A DNA stretch of 64,000 nucleotides from contig NOWV01000184.1 in assembly GCA_003344405.1 (NCBI GenBank), forward strand, positions 1-64,000. Direction: 5' to 3'. This stretch comes from Trichoplax sp. H2. Taxonomy: Eukaryota. Of the stretch, positions 25,201-39,150 are shown in pieces (the first letter of the stretch is position 1; each line of letters begins with the position of its first letter). A program made the translations under genes and the position numbers. The notes below the pieces were generated by a model that did no database searches, was not told the origin of the DNA, and worked only from the letters and a program-made list of their open reading frames with translations.

Positions 25201-26653
25201 TGATCATTTGAGTATCTTGGATACACCGATGGAACTATTAATATTTGCATTTTTTTACTTTAGTTGCACATCAAGATATATTTAGATATATATGATTGTA
25301 CACATCTTTATTCTATTGACTGCAAATTTGAAAAGATATTTTTGTTAAACAAAACATTGATATCCATAAAAGGTGGTATTAAGCCGTAAATATATATTCT
25401 TGAAATCTACTAGACTTCTTTATTTATAAGTGGGTTAAAAGATAACACATTTCAATATCCTAAAGTAAAACGTTTTGCATTGTATCTGTAAAACGGGAAA
25501 GAAATGAATTAGAGAAGTAGTAAAAATCGTCGTCAAATTAAACAAAGTTTTTCACATTTTGCGGAATAAGACTTATAACAGTAGCTAGAGTCATAAGCAA
25601 TGCAATTGACTATTTAAACTTTGTAATAAGTTTTGCTCGAGATTACTCCATTACTACAACCTATGGGTTAAACCTTGATCATGTAAGTATGGCTAGTAGA
25701 GGTCCACCAATTCTACTTGTAATTTTCTGAATTCAGTCCAAACCCAAATTCTGTGGTCATTCTCTTAGATTCCTAATGCTCTATAGTCCTGTAGCTATAT
25801 CAAGTAATACTAAAATCTGATATTATGAGCTATGTTGTTCGCGCATTAATCTTATACTACTGATATAGTTGGTAGAGTATTAACAGTAATATACACCTGG
25901 ATATCTTACATCATCGTACGAATTCTTCAAAAAATTGCTTAAAACTACATCGTCAAATCAATTANNNNNNNNNNNNNNNNNNNNTGATCATTTGAGTATC
26001 TTGGATACACCGATGGAATTATTAATATTTGCATTTTTTTACTTTAGTTGCACATCAAGATATATTTAGATATATATGACTGTACACATCTTTATTCTAT
26101 TGACTGCAAATTTGAAAAGATATTTTTGTTAAACAAAACATTGATATCCATAAAGTAAAACGTTTTGCATTGTATCTGTAAAACGGGAAAGAAATGAATT
26201 AGAGAAGTAGTAAAATCGTCGTCAAATTAAACAAAGTTTTTCACATTTTGCGAAATAAGACTTATAACAGTAGCTAGAGTCATAAGCAATGCAATTGACT
26301 ATTTAAACTTTGTAATAAGTTGTGCTCGAGATTACTCCATTACTACAACCTATGGGTTAAATCTTGATCATGTAAGTATGGCTAGTAGAGGTCCACCAAT
26401 TCTACTTGTAATTTTCTGAATTCAGTCCAAGCCCAACTTCTGTGGTCATTCTCTTAGATTTCTAATGCTCTATAGTCTTGTAGCTATATCAAGTAATATC
26501 AAAATCTGATATTATGAGCTATGTTGTTCGCGCATTAATTTTATACTACTGATATAGTTGGTAAAGCATTAACAGTAATATACACCTGGATATCTTACAT
26601 CATCGTGCGAATTCTTCAAAAAATTGCTTAAAACTACATCGTCAAATCAATTA
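25201..26653. other. Near-identical duplication flanking 20-N gap (25965-25984): allelic contig overlap, an assembly artefact
   Basis: 25201-25964 matches 25985-26653 except scattered SNPs, a 1-nt indel and a 94-bp indel; copies abut the gap exactly. Confidence 0.9.
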
Positions 26654-27286
26654 GTACCCGAAACTTTATCGATATTCCGATACGCACAGCGATATCTTGC
26701 TCTTAAATGGAGTTATCAAAAATTCTTGATGTTTCAAATTTCAAATATCTCGCATCATTTTTCCAATTTTGAATGATATTACACAAGTTTTAAATCGTTA
26801 AATAAATTATAGGACTCTACTAATATCACAACTGCTGTAGCAATATGTTATCTTTATAAAGATAATTGGTTGAACACTGAATTTCTTAAATTTAAATTTC
26901 CTTCATCATTTTGTTTCAAAATCATACATTCAACATTATTTTTAAGTACTAAAGGAACAATCAAGCCCGCGTCAACATTTCAATTGAAAGGGCTACATCT
27001 TACTCTTATAAATGTAATTGAAAGTGCACTTAGTCTATTGCTAAAATTTTTTCTAGTCTAACTTGTTAATGATGTCTCATAGCGTCATACTATGTAATAC
27101 TTTTGTCCACTTTAATCAATATTCCGATTTTTGAGATATATCTTACTCCCGTATTTGTAAAACACTAACTTTCTTCCTTCAAATTCTCCAGTGCTGACGT
27201 GAATTCTTAATGATTTAATGATTTCAGGGGATAGCTATACCAGTACATAGCCGAAAAATTAGCATTAAGGAGAATATCTTTATTCA

Positions 27287-28083
27287 TAACTCTACATATT
27301 TTGAAATCGTATAACATTGCCCACTTTTGGCAGGCTTATACACTTACTAAAGCATATTACAGGAGAGTACAACTTTATTAATTAAGCAAGGGTAATTAAT
27401 TACAGTACTTAGCAATGGGATAAAAATGCATCAAATTATGCGTCATATATATGTACTCGTTTACAATTTGCTATAGACTTAAGATTTTTTGATATACCAA
27501 TACAGACACAATTGTCTACTTGTATTAGCTACGAATGGGGAATTGTTGATGGACTTTAAACAATTTAATTGAAGGATATTAAAATAAGCTTATGTGTTAT
27601 TATAGACTCATNNNNNNNNNNNNNNNNNNNNTAACTCTACATATTTTGAAATCGTATAACATTGCCCACTTTTGGCAGGCTTATACACTTACTAAAGCAT
27701 ATTACAGGAGAGTACAACTTTATTAGTTAAGCAAGGGTAATTAATTACAGTACTTAGCAATGGGATAAAAATGCATCAAATTATGCGTCATGTTAAGGCA
27801 ATTTAAGCCGTTGTTGAAGTTCGAACTAGCGACTACAGAGTAACTCTTCTACTCGCAATAGCCATAGCAACGGTTTCTATATACAATAGAAACTTCATTT
27901 GTTGATATTATATATATAACATATATACTCGTTTACAATTTGCTATAGACTTAAGATTTTTTGATATACCAATACAGACACAATTGTCTACTTGTATTAG
28001 CTACGAATGGGGAATTGTTGATGGACTTTAAACAATTTAATTGAAGGATATTAAAATAAGCTTATGTGTTATTATAGACTCAT
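27287..28083. other. Near-identical duplication flanking 20-N gap (27612-27631): allelic contig overlap, an assembly artefact
   Basis: 27287-27611 matches 27632-28083 except about 127 bp of extra sequence in the second copy (from about 27792). Confidence 0.9.
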
Positions 28084-30369
28084 TAAAGTGGTGTTGTATG
28101 ATATTTTGGATAGTTCACACAGATGTTTCAGAGTTTAGATTTAACGCTATCTCCTCTTCCTATTAATAGCATTAAATTTATCTAGTGAATGCCATTCATA
28201 AAGATATGATTACTATTAAATTTAATTAAAATAAGTATCGCAATATGTTGCATAGGAGGGTTACTGGATCCGCTATTGGAATCTCGAACGTTATTTAGCC
28301 AGTAAAATATTCTACATAAATTCAGTAAAATTTAAAAGTTCTTCCGATATCACGATAATCTTACAGCATATCACTTCCTCCACTGCCTACAAAAAGTGAC
28401 TAATTGGGCTAATATTACGGTTACTTATTACATAATCAAATCTGAACGTGGGATAAGCTACTGTCTTATAGAAAACAAAATGATAATGGCACATTTTTAT
28501 CACATTCGATCCAATTGAAATTATACATATTTACGATAGGACTTTAAGATTTTAATATCAGACTTTTAATGGTCTTTTGAACTAGGAAACTACTCCTAGG
28601 CCATCTGATGTTAGAATTAAGGAAGCCAGATACAGCTCTATTTTTAGATCCTATACACATTTGAAACCATAATGTTATAACTTTTTTATCAAGCGCACGA
28701 TGAATATTAGAATATTTTTCATATGGCTAAATTTTATTTTTTCAGTTGGTTAACTTATGATTATATCGTACTACTCATGTATATTTTATATTATATGAGA
28801 TGATGGACATTGGGTGTATCCAAATCGGTATATTACCAATCAAATGAATTAACAACTTAAGAGCTTAGTCTAGTAAAAGAGAACAAGTTCAGACAAAAAA
28901 ATTTCCTTAAAGTTATGAATAACATTTTGGAATGGTAGGCAGTTAACAATAGCATAATTCATGAGGTATTTCTTATAAATGAAGATATAATTTTCGTAAG
29001 TATTACTGTTACAAATCGCCAAATGGGACCCGATTACACCTCTGCTTAATAATTTTTCCACAATTCACAAATAGTTACATTGAAATCTTTATTTCGATGC
29101 TATATCTAATTCTGCTTGCATACTGCGTTCATATTCAGTTTATTTGTATATCAACAGTACTATAATTAATCTCTAGTTTCGCATTTGATGGCATGATTCT
29201 TAAAGCTATTAACTAGAAAGTTATTATATTTGTAGAATTGTTTATTCTTCTATTCTACACTATTTCCATCCTCAATTTACTGTCGATGCTTAATTATCTT
29301 TGTTATTTAATGCAGTCCACCTTAAAATTTCGCTTTGTTGACATATTACGTGTATAATATACTAGAATGTTGTGAAATAAGTTCATAAACAAGTAAATCT
29401 TCAAGATAGTACTTGACTATAATTTATCTTAACATTAAATATCTATAGTCTTAAAATAGTGGAAAACCTTCATTATCGATCTGATCATAGTTAATTAAAT
29501 TCATATGATGTAAGCAATATGTTACTGGTTTATAACGGCAATTGACTATTTTTCAATTGCCCTAGGCTAAGGATTGAATCTGGGTACTTTTTGTGTCTAG
29601 TTTTTACGCGTGAAGCTCGTGCTACATATATATTAGAATCTTTCCATATTTTGCTAAGAATTTAATTTGCGTTGTTGATAATTGTACAAGCGTACTCATG
29701 ATTTTTGGTTTAGCTAAATATCGGATATCACAATTATAATAATATAAAGCTATTTCTCTCTAATTAACAACTCTGATTTCATCGATCCCTACTACCGGTA
29801 TATCAGACAATATCTAGTCGATATTTATAATTCCCTTAAAATTAAAGGCAAATTTTATTGAAAACTATATCGTTTCATGCGCAAGTCATAAGAGACAGTA
29901 TCTTCATCAAATTTGATCCATTTTATTATGTTCTAACGCTTACTTTAATACAGAGAGACTGAATCAATCTAAAATTGCACTGAATCTCCCAAAATTACTA
30001 AATAGAATGTGGAGATAAAGTAATTTCTATTAATTAGAAATATTTTAAGTTTGTACAATCTGCTACAGCAAAACTAATTTTTTACTGCTGAGGTAAATCT
30101 CTACATGTACAAATAACTATTATAAGTAAAGGATAGCCTTCATCTTCATCACAGGTCTCATTTAATACTGCAGCTTGTATCCTGATGCAATTAAGCCTAA
30201 TATATGGATAAATCAATATTCTAATAAATATTCTTTCAGATAGCTTTCCCTTTTTTTTATCATAGATCCAGCCTAAAACTGTAATATTTACCGTAATGAA
30301 ATCAATTCTATGTGACTGATAATTAAATCTATAAACATGACTGATATAGAAAGGCTTCAATCGTCATTC

Positions 30370-30540
30370 TAAACTTAGCTTTCAAGTTGGAGCATCGACC
30401 ACCCGAACATCGATGCAACGACATTACTGATAAATAAATCTATGAAAGGACTCAAACAAAAAAGCTTTAATCATTAATCTAAACTAAAATCTAACTTGGA
30501 GCATCGGCTACCGTAATATCGATCCAACAACATTAGGTAG
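30370..30540. repeat. Short diverged duplication (109 bp spacing)
   Basis: TTGGAGCATCG...ATCGAT.CAAC.ACATTA at 30387 and 30496. Confidence 0.75.
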
Positions 30541-31287
30541 TAATTTCCAAATATTGGCTATAAGTGTTTAGCTGTCATTTGACTATTATAACTGATTAAA
30601 ATAGCATTGAGAACGGTACCTAGGAGGTAACTTTCTACCTGAGTAAATAAGGATAATGGTATCCGCAGAGAACATAATTATCGACAATACGTCTATCTAT
30701 CCCTGTAAAATCAATAGTCTTAGACTTTTTATCCATTGGGAATGAGTGATCAAATGCATATTAAATGTAACTATAACACGAAAAGTATATTTATCTTCAT
30801 ATAGCCTCGGTTTAACTTTTAATCAAGCAGATGGGAGGAGCCGCTATCTATTTTCAAGTTACCTTTATAATTTGGTGCTTATAGTGTTATTAAATACAAT
30901 TAATGCCAACAAATATCCAGCTACTTAATTCTTAGTGAACACCTAAATGATGTAGCTCATTTTTAGAGATGAATTATTCCATTTAAGAATGATTTACGGT
31001 AATGTCGTAGTGCTAGCTGATGTTCATTGATGAATTTTCTGCAGTAATTTTTATGCTAATGCCGATAATAGTTCGATGGAAAGGTGCTCCTATCGAGCTT
31101 ATGTTAGAATTCGTTTCGTATGATGGAGTATTTTGAAAAGATTTACCTTCTGCCTCGATAACTCGAGCAATCGCTCCATCTCATCATGATCAGGGATTAA
31201 ACCTATTTCCATACCTATAGTTATTAAAGATTTTATTTTCTATCACTATGTGCATACAATCTATCTCATAAAAATGATTGCCATTGA

Positions 31288-31760
31288 GTCACTTTCTAGA
31301 TCGAATCAGTTTAATCCTGTGACCAATCGCCTTCGTTTAGAAATGATTTCAAGGTTTATATCTACTACTGCTAATATCTCGATCACTATCTTTCTTGCGT
31401 CATTAGTGCTCTCTCTAACCACATTTATGACCATTTTCATGCAGTCTATTCTAGAAGAGATCTTAATAGAATCACTTGCTAGTTCAAATTAGTTTAATAC
31501 CGTAATCACTCCTCCCTTTAGATGTGTTTTCGAGTTTAATATTGACTATTGCTAATATTTCTACCCCTATCTTTCTGATATCAGTAGTATTCTCTCTAAA
31601 TACATCTATAGCCATTTTCATGTAGTCTACAGCATTCTAGAAGAAATCTTAATGGAATCACTTTTTAGTTTATTAGGTTAGCATTGTCAGAAATTAACTC
31701 TCTCCCTTTTTAGACATAAATTTATATCGATATCAAATCTTTAATATTTTCTACCCTAGC
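31288..31760. repeat. Diverged tandem repeat, about 181 bp unit, about 2.5 copies
   Basis: CCATTTTCATG.AGTCTA...ATTCTAGAAGA.ATCTTAAT.GAATCACTT at about 31431 and 31612; produces ORF 31250-31492. Confidence 0.85.
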
Positions 31761-32849
31761 CCTTCAAGTTTTCACCACCAACATTCTTGACTCTAATTTA
31801 TGACTACATCGCTGTAGTCCACCATACATGCAAATAAAAGTATAATTCATCAATTTTCTAGATCACTGGCCGTATAATCATCCGCAAGCATTAAATTTTA
31901 TCTTTCTTTCGATTTCATGTTGATGTCGATTATTTTCAACGTTTCAAAGCTGTTCTTTTAGCTTTAAGCATTACGGTACGTATTAGAATCCTAGTAGGCG
32001 ATTTATAACTATTCTCTATACAGTCTATCAAGAAAGCGATATTTTCATCTACTCTTTTTTATTCGTTCAAGACTGTTTAAGGCCGTAGCCAACCGACATC
32101 AATTAAGAAAGAATGGTGTTGTTCTTATGATTTAATTTTGAATTGTAGTCTATGCTGTTACCCTTACCATTCTAGTTTCAGTACCATTAACGCTCTCTAC
32201 CTACTTAGATGATTTAATTGATGACATTCATCAATTGGAAGTAACTGATTCTAAGGATTCACTGTAATGCCATCATTATAATTTACTTTCTAATGTATTG
32301 ATTCAGATTGAAGTTAATTACAGAAACATGACGTAATTTTGCTTTAATTTCAATCGTAATGCTGAGTTTTTCCATTTGTATCTGTCGAACTTAAAAGTAT
32401 CTACAGCGCTTAGTAATCTCTTCATGATTATGATGATACTATTAACAATTGGCTACTAAAAATGACAGAATAGCCGATGATGACATAATGACGACGGAAT
32501 CCAATATTATTGATGATTAAAAATGACTGCAATCTCATTGGATCATTATTTTATGAGCAAATCGAGACCGAAAATCTAGCCATAATTTATTGATAACCAA
32601 TCATTCAATATTGACGTCTTTAAATTGAAGTCGGTCATCAACTGGTTGGAATAGTATCAAGTTGAATAATAGATGTAAATAAACAGTTTCATGCAAAGTA
32701 AACTTCTAGTCGATTTTGTAATAATAAGGAATGGAAGCAATAGCGTCAAAACGTTAAACGGAGGTATCCAAGTAAACATATTTCAATCACTTATCCTCGT
32801 CGCTTAAAAGATAATTTATAAGGATTTAAAATATAACCTACAGACCTCT

Positions 32850-33170
32850 ATTTCCTTACTTAATCGATATCGGTTAGAAATTCCTTACGATAAATAGGAC
32901 GATAGGTGGAATAAATAAGTGGGGACAATTCATATTGCCGTTTGGAGTATTGTAACTTTTATTTCCTTATTCAATCGGTTAAATATCCCTTACATTACAT
33001 ATTATAGTCATGAGAATGAGTGATAGGGATAATTACTATCACTGTTAGGAGGTATTGCAGCTTTTATTTTCTTACTCAATCGGTTAAAAATGCGCCTCTT
33101 TAAATAGAATGATCGGTGGAATAAATAATTGGAAACAATTCATATCATTGTTTAGAAGTATTGCAACTAA
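32850..33170. repeat. Tandem triplication, about 108 bp unit
   Basis: TT(C/T)CTTA.T.AATCG at about 32851, 32962 and 33068; GGTGGAATAAATAA twice. Confidence 0.85.
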
Positions 33171-36100
33171 CGACTTGAGCAAGTGAATAGAGTATTAAAA
33201 TTTTAATAGTCAGTTGGTATTTTAATTTCAATTGTCACTATAATGAAATCGCTAAATATTGATATTTGTCTCCATGGTAGTGATGATTAAGACTTAATTT
33301 TACTTACCTTTCCATTCTTTGCCGCTTACAGTCCCTTAAATTTGCTAGCATATAAAATTATGGGGTCAATTCTACCGTATGATTATTCAAGTAGCATTTC
33401 GTCGATCTATAATTAACTATTAGAAACTTTAAAAAAATTCGGCCAAGATTTCAATCGTCCTTTACATTCATGTAAGAGATATTCTTGATGTATATCTAAA
33501 CTTGCTGTTAACTGATCTATGAAATTGATCTTCACCATCGTCTTATGATTGGAATACATCGTTGTCCCTATCTTCAATCATTTTAACATACGTCATGTTG
33601 ATTACTCTACGCTGGTACTACCATAGCAATATCGAATTAATACCATAATAAATTGGACTCCGAGTGAAACTATTCTCGACGAAATACTGATTCCTTTGAA
33701 AGGAAAGAATTGACTACAGTTAAAAAAGATCACGTTTTATTACTATTTAGGATCACCATTTTTGTCATCTGCTACAGGCAACTATTACTACCAGACCATT
33801 CCTTCGGGCCAATCGCATGCTGACTATTCTGTCTTAGTGTAGTTGATTAAGCAAGTGGTTTGCCTTTATTTACTACAGAACCTTTGTTAAACTCAAGATA
33901 AATATCATTCCTTGCTTTTTTTAGTTCATTCGATACTGGGTACAAAAAATTGCATAAAAGTACAGGATAAAGTATTTAGAGCATTGCATCAATTCGTACT
34001 GGAAAATCATATCCCTATATCCAGAAATTGGATGATAAGTATCATACGTCCATTAATTGCCGTAATCCATATACACCATTTTTCCAGCTAGAAAATTTAT
34101 TAGTTGTGTCTCCAATTATGTAATTAAGCTACCATTATCATTGTAAGCTGATTTATATTCATCCTCAGTAACATTAAAACCGAAAGAATATCATCTTAGA
34201 TTCCATTATCATCCATATTCAAGAAATTATCAAAAGGGTGTGTAAGGAAAAAAAAGACGCAGATTAGAGATACAATTAGACTATTCTCGGTTCATTCTAT
34301 GTTGATGCTTATCGAACCATTTTATCAAACCTGATATTCCAGTTGAGATCGGAAAAGCGTTATGGAGAAATTTTCTATACAGCAGTTGAAATATGAAGAC
34401 GGTAATAGCTTAGTAATAATTATCTTTGCCGTATTGTGGACTCTATCCACTTTTAATTGATACTTTTTAAATATTTTTTCTTTTTATTGAGTAAGTTAAT
34501 AACCTTTGGATGATTTTTTTACTCCATTTGGAAACGGTAACCGTCAATAATTATTTTAGCAAAATTTTACTGATCAATTTTGATTCGATAGAAAATGATC
34601 AAAAAAATTAGAGAGTAGTTACTTGGTAATTTCATTCTATTACGATGGAAAAAATAAATCTAAAACTTTTAGATAGTATTTGGGATATAGCTTAAAAGTA
34701 TATCGGAGGCTTCACCTATTAAAATTTCAGGACTGCTATTTGATAATGATAGACCATACAAGTACAATAATAAGTGCATTAAACTGACAGATAAAATGTT
34801 ATCGGTAGCAAGACACTAATTCATAACTAGATCACAATAAAGGTAGAAAACTTGTAAGCTTTAAATCTGATCTATGATTTCCTTTGAGTTATACCGTTCT
34901 GTTAATCTTTCAAATACTGAATTTAAGAAAAAATACGATCATTTTAAATGTTCATTATACAGTACTTGACTATCCATGGTCTATCTGTCTTCTACGCGTC
35001 AGATTACATCGAAATCGAGTACTCATCTTGAGACATGGTTAGATTGAATAGTTCTAATAATATAGTGTTTCCTTTATAGTCAAGAATTGGGAGAAGATCG
35101 TGATGATAATTGATTTAAGTGATTAGTTACTTTAGTTATTTGAATAAAACATTAGTCTGCAAAGATGGAAATTACGATCGAAGTAAAAATACTTATGATT
35201 ATACAATTTTTGACGACATGAATTAGTCACTTTAACTTGATACTTGTATTAGTTTTTTAATCAACTAAACATTAAACTCAACTCTAAGTTAAATAATTTT
35301 GCATATTTAGTACTGTACGGATTCTATTGAATTATTTTGACTCTGTATCAATATTCTGTATGCAGGATTTGTGATAAATTGCAATTTTGGTGTTATTCTG
35401 TCGAGTAATGATTTAATTATCGTTCAGATTAAGAACATTACTTTTTTTATACACATTTAAAAAATATAGCCAAAAGAAATCTTTACATATATTACAGCTA
35501 GTATGCATAATGATTTATATATAGTTGTGAATACTTAGTACTAGTTGTAATGACCGAGTAAAAAACAGTCTTTTACTATTACTATACAGTATATTAAGAA
35601 ATTGAATCAATTTGATATTACATTAGGCTGTTATACTAAACATTTGATACAAAGTGTCAGGGCGTTATTGATACGAAAAAATTAATCCTTGCTTAGGTCT
35701 CATTGCTTTTTTCAACATTCGTACTAGTTCTCTTAAAAGAAATTGCCATTAAATTACACGTAAAACATTGATTAAAAAATAAACTAGGGCTAGTTTGTTA
35801 AATGTACTGTAGTGGGATAAGCGCAAATTATAGTGTAAGTATAGCAAGATTTTGGGAAATAATTTACTGACATACGCGTAAACCTAATAATTTAATCCGT
35901 TTATTTGAGTAACTATAAAATTTATGAGTTACATCTCTCAGGGACAGTCAGAAAAGTTCTATTCGTTTGCAATTGTAGTAACTATAATTGTGACATTCAC
36001 ACAAGAAAATAGACTTAAGTTTTATACTATGGAGAAACTGGGATGTAAATTATAAATGTAGTTGATACGATGAATATATTTTATTTGTCTAACTTTCTAG

Positions 36101-37020
36101 ACGTTATACAATCATAGATCTAACAATAAACTGAAAAATTTGAAACATCTTCTCCATAAAATTTGCAGTTTGAACATCCTTACGATAACTTTCTTTTAAA
36201 TAGAGGCCTGCAATTACTTGATTTTGTCTATAAATATCGTTGGAGATGTACATGATGAAAGCCATAAGTGGGAGCTTTCTAGGCTCGAGTTTATGTATAG
36301 AATAGGAAACTTAGATTTATAATTATTTGATTTTTATTAAATTAATTTTCTTACTATAGTACAAAAATTATTAACTTACCCGATACTAATATCATTTCAG
36401 ACGGTGATATTATAGTTAAAATAGCTGCAGCTCTAATTCGATAGTGTAAAAATATTTATAATTTCATCTGTGATGAAAAGGATTTCTCCTTTGGTCCTGC
36501 ATATACTGGAATAGTAAGACAGAACCGTACTATAAAACGATTTCTTTCGATATATCTTAAAGTAGTAAGGATAGCTTATATATGTACTACCGTAGATCTT
36601 AGTAGAAACCTGTATTGTCCAACTATAAATACCTTCAAGTGTAAGAATGATACGAGGCACCAAGTAAAAATTACGTCAGTAATGGATTTTGTCATAGAAA
36701 TTTTTCTATTAGGCTACTTTAAGCTGTATAGCTAGCAGTAATTGATGCTAAAAATTGATAGTATGTAACCAGTAACTTCCGATATGATTATCATTTCAAT
36801 TAAGAATTGCGAAATGAGGTGGGGATTATCTTGAATAGGATGAAAGATGTTATTTCTTAGCACCGTTGACAACATATTCGATTTTTTATATTACGTAACC
36901 TTGGAGTAAATACAATATCAATTGGCGCTTGATATCGTATTTTATGATATTAAATAGCATCCAACCAGCCGATTTATGTTGCAAGCAACACAATCAACAA
37001 TTTTTAAATCACTCTCCACG

Positions 37021-37500
37021 CTACAATATTATTCAACAGATCTTATTACTTTTTTCATTTAAGTGGACGATATAATTTTATTTCCTTTATATGCAATTCA
37101 TGCAACATAATACAAAACGTTTTAATCCTAATTTTACATCTGTTCATAGACATTGCGGGAATTAAACTACATGACATAATTAGTCGTAAAAATTATGTAA
37201 AATAGGATGAACGAAATTGACTTTATCGTGAGTAATATAACTAATTAAAAGTACAATTTTTATCTTACTTTCCGTGTAACAATATTATCCAACAGATATT
37301 ATTATTTTTTTATTATACTCGAATGACATAGCTTGACTTTCTTTATTAAATATAAATATTAAATGCCTTATAATAAGCTTTAATTCCAATTCTATAATTC
37401 CAATTCTATAAACACATATTGTAGATATTAAAACATCAGATACAAATAGCCGTAAAATTATATCAAAATAAGTTAGATGAAATTGACTTTATCGTCATCA
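37021..37500. repeat. Diverged duplication, about 260 bp unit
   Basis: ACAATATTAT.CAACAGAT.TTATTA and GAAATTGACTTTATCGT each present twice. Confidence 0.8.
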
Positions 37501-38950
37501 GTAGCCTATAGTGCCAATAATTTAAAAATTGATATCTCTACGAAGATTTTTTTATGTCTATATAGTAATTTCAGCTAATTACAGTAGTAGTTGAAGTGAT
37601 CTTGTGTCACGTTAGAGATTTGCTCAATTTTAAAAACTCAGATTTTGAGTTAGACGATTGCGAACCTAAGGGGTTGCAAAATCCTAGCATTACAGTTTGA
37701 AAACACGTTCTTAATCAATTCTGTTGAGGTTAAATCTCGCCATATAGTATTGGTATATATGGTAGGGTATGCACAAGTACAGCAACTATTTTCAATACTT
37801 TACAAAGATATTAGATTATACCTCGATATAGTTTAACGATAGTTGATCTTATCAGTTGTCCGATTCGATGAATAAATAATTTCTATCTCAGATGCTGGTA
37901 TATCTAATCAAACGAAACCAGTTTTAATAAATTCTAGAATACCATTAAAACTCTTCTTTACTATATATACGGTATTATACTGACTGAAATAATTTATATA
38001 ACCTAATCTTATCGGGCGAATCCATTAAAAATTGTAATAAAAGTATCTCAAAATAATTGTCTTAGTCAAATGGTCTTTTCTAAAAGGTTTTTATTATAAG
38101 GTTTTAAGAATAGTAGAGCAATAACTAATTACTACGAGAATCTAGTCTAAAATCTAAAGTATTCCGAGCTCTAAGCGAAGTGAAGTCTCTTCTCTCTATG
38201 TGAGCTTATTTCCGCAGTTCTTAAATACATTTCGCTAAATCCATTTATTACAATTAATCTACAATCAGATTTTACTTATCAAACAGAATACTTTTTCTCA
38301 AATAGAACAACATTATCCTCTATAGTCTGAATCATTCTACTTAAGATATCGCCATTCTTCTATTAATGTCCAGCACATTTCGGTATTGGGCATCTTCACA
38401 ATTACAGTATATCATGTCACATATAACTTGTATTGTAATTAGTCAACTGCCTAGCATTAGTCATTAATAATTTCTAATACAGTAGTTATCAATCATCTTA
38501 TATTAGCTTCACGATAATATCTATTGTTAGTAGCCTAACTATATCAAGTATAGTTATTAACACAATCAAATATAGCAATCTTTATAATCAAATATTGGGC
38601 ATATCACTAAACAAACATTTTAGACAATCACCCTAGAATTGCTATACTTAGACTATGTCACTCATTCTAGCGATTGCTATAATATCGGTCAGATATCATG
38701 CAAATCTTAGACTAAAATCTTATCTTAGGTGCAGACATGGCTAATTAGGCCATGTGTGCTAAAAAATAGTTATCAATGTCATCGTAGCGACTAGTGCGAT
38801 CCAATCCTGCTCTGATCTAAATGGTTAAATCTCAGGCGTAGATAAGGCCTATCAAGGACTAAAAATTTATGGAATAGAATTCGAATATTCATGTTAAACT
38901 TTTTCAAGTATAAATTTGAACCGAAGCGACATAGAATCCATCTTATCTAT

Positions 38951-39150
38951 TATATCAATCACAGATATACCGTAAGTATAGCTTGATTGATGATTACAAA
39001 TTAGAAGGATTTGAATTTTATCATGGCATTACTAAAGTAAATTGATTCCGTCATAAAAATTAATATTATATCGCTCACAGACATACCGTAGGTATAACTT
39101 GATTAGTGATATCCATTTAGAAGGATTTTAAATTTTATTATGGCATTATT
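38951..39150. repeat. Duplication, 116 bp unit
   Basis: CACAGA.ATACCGTA.GTATA.CTTGATT at 38960 and 39076. Confidence 0.85.

Noticed and set aside
25201..28083. Apparent recent segmental duplications or LTR pairs
   Set aside because: Copies abut 20-N gaps exactly, which is typical of unmerged allelic contig ends
31250..31492. 80-aa ORF (likewise the 86-aa ORF at 44965-45225)
   Set aside because: Chance open frames within tandem repeat units
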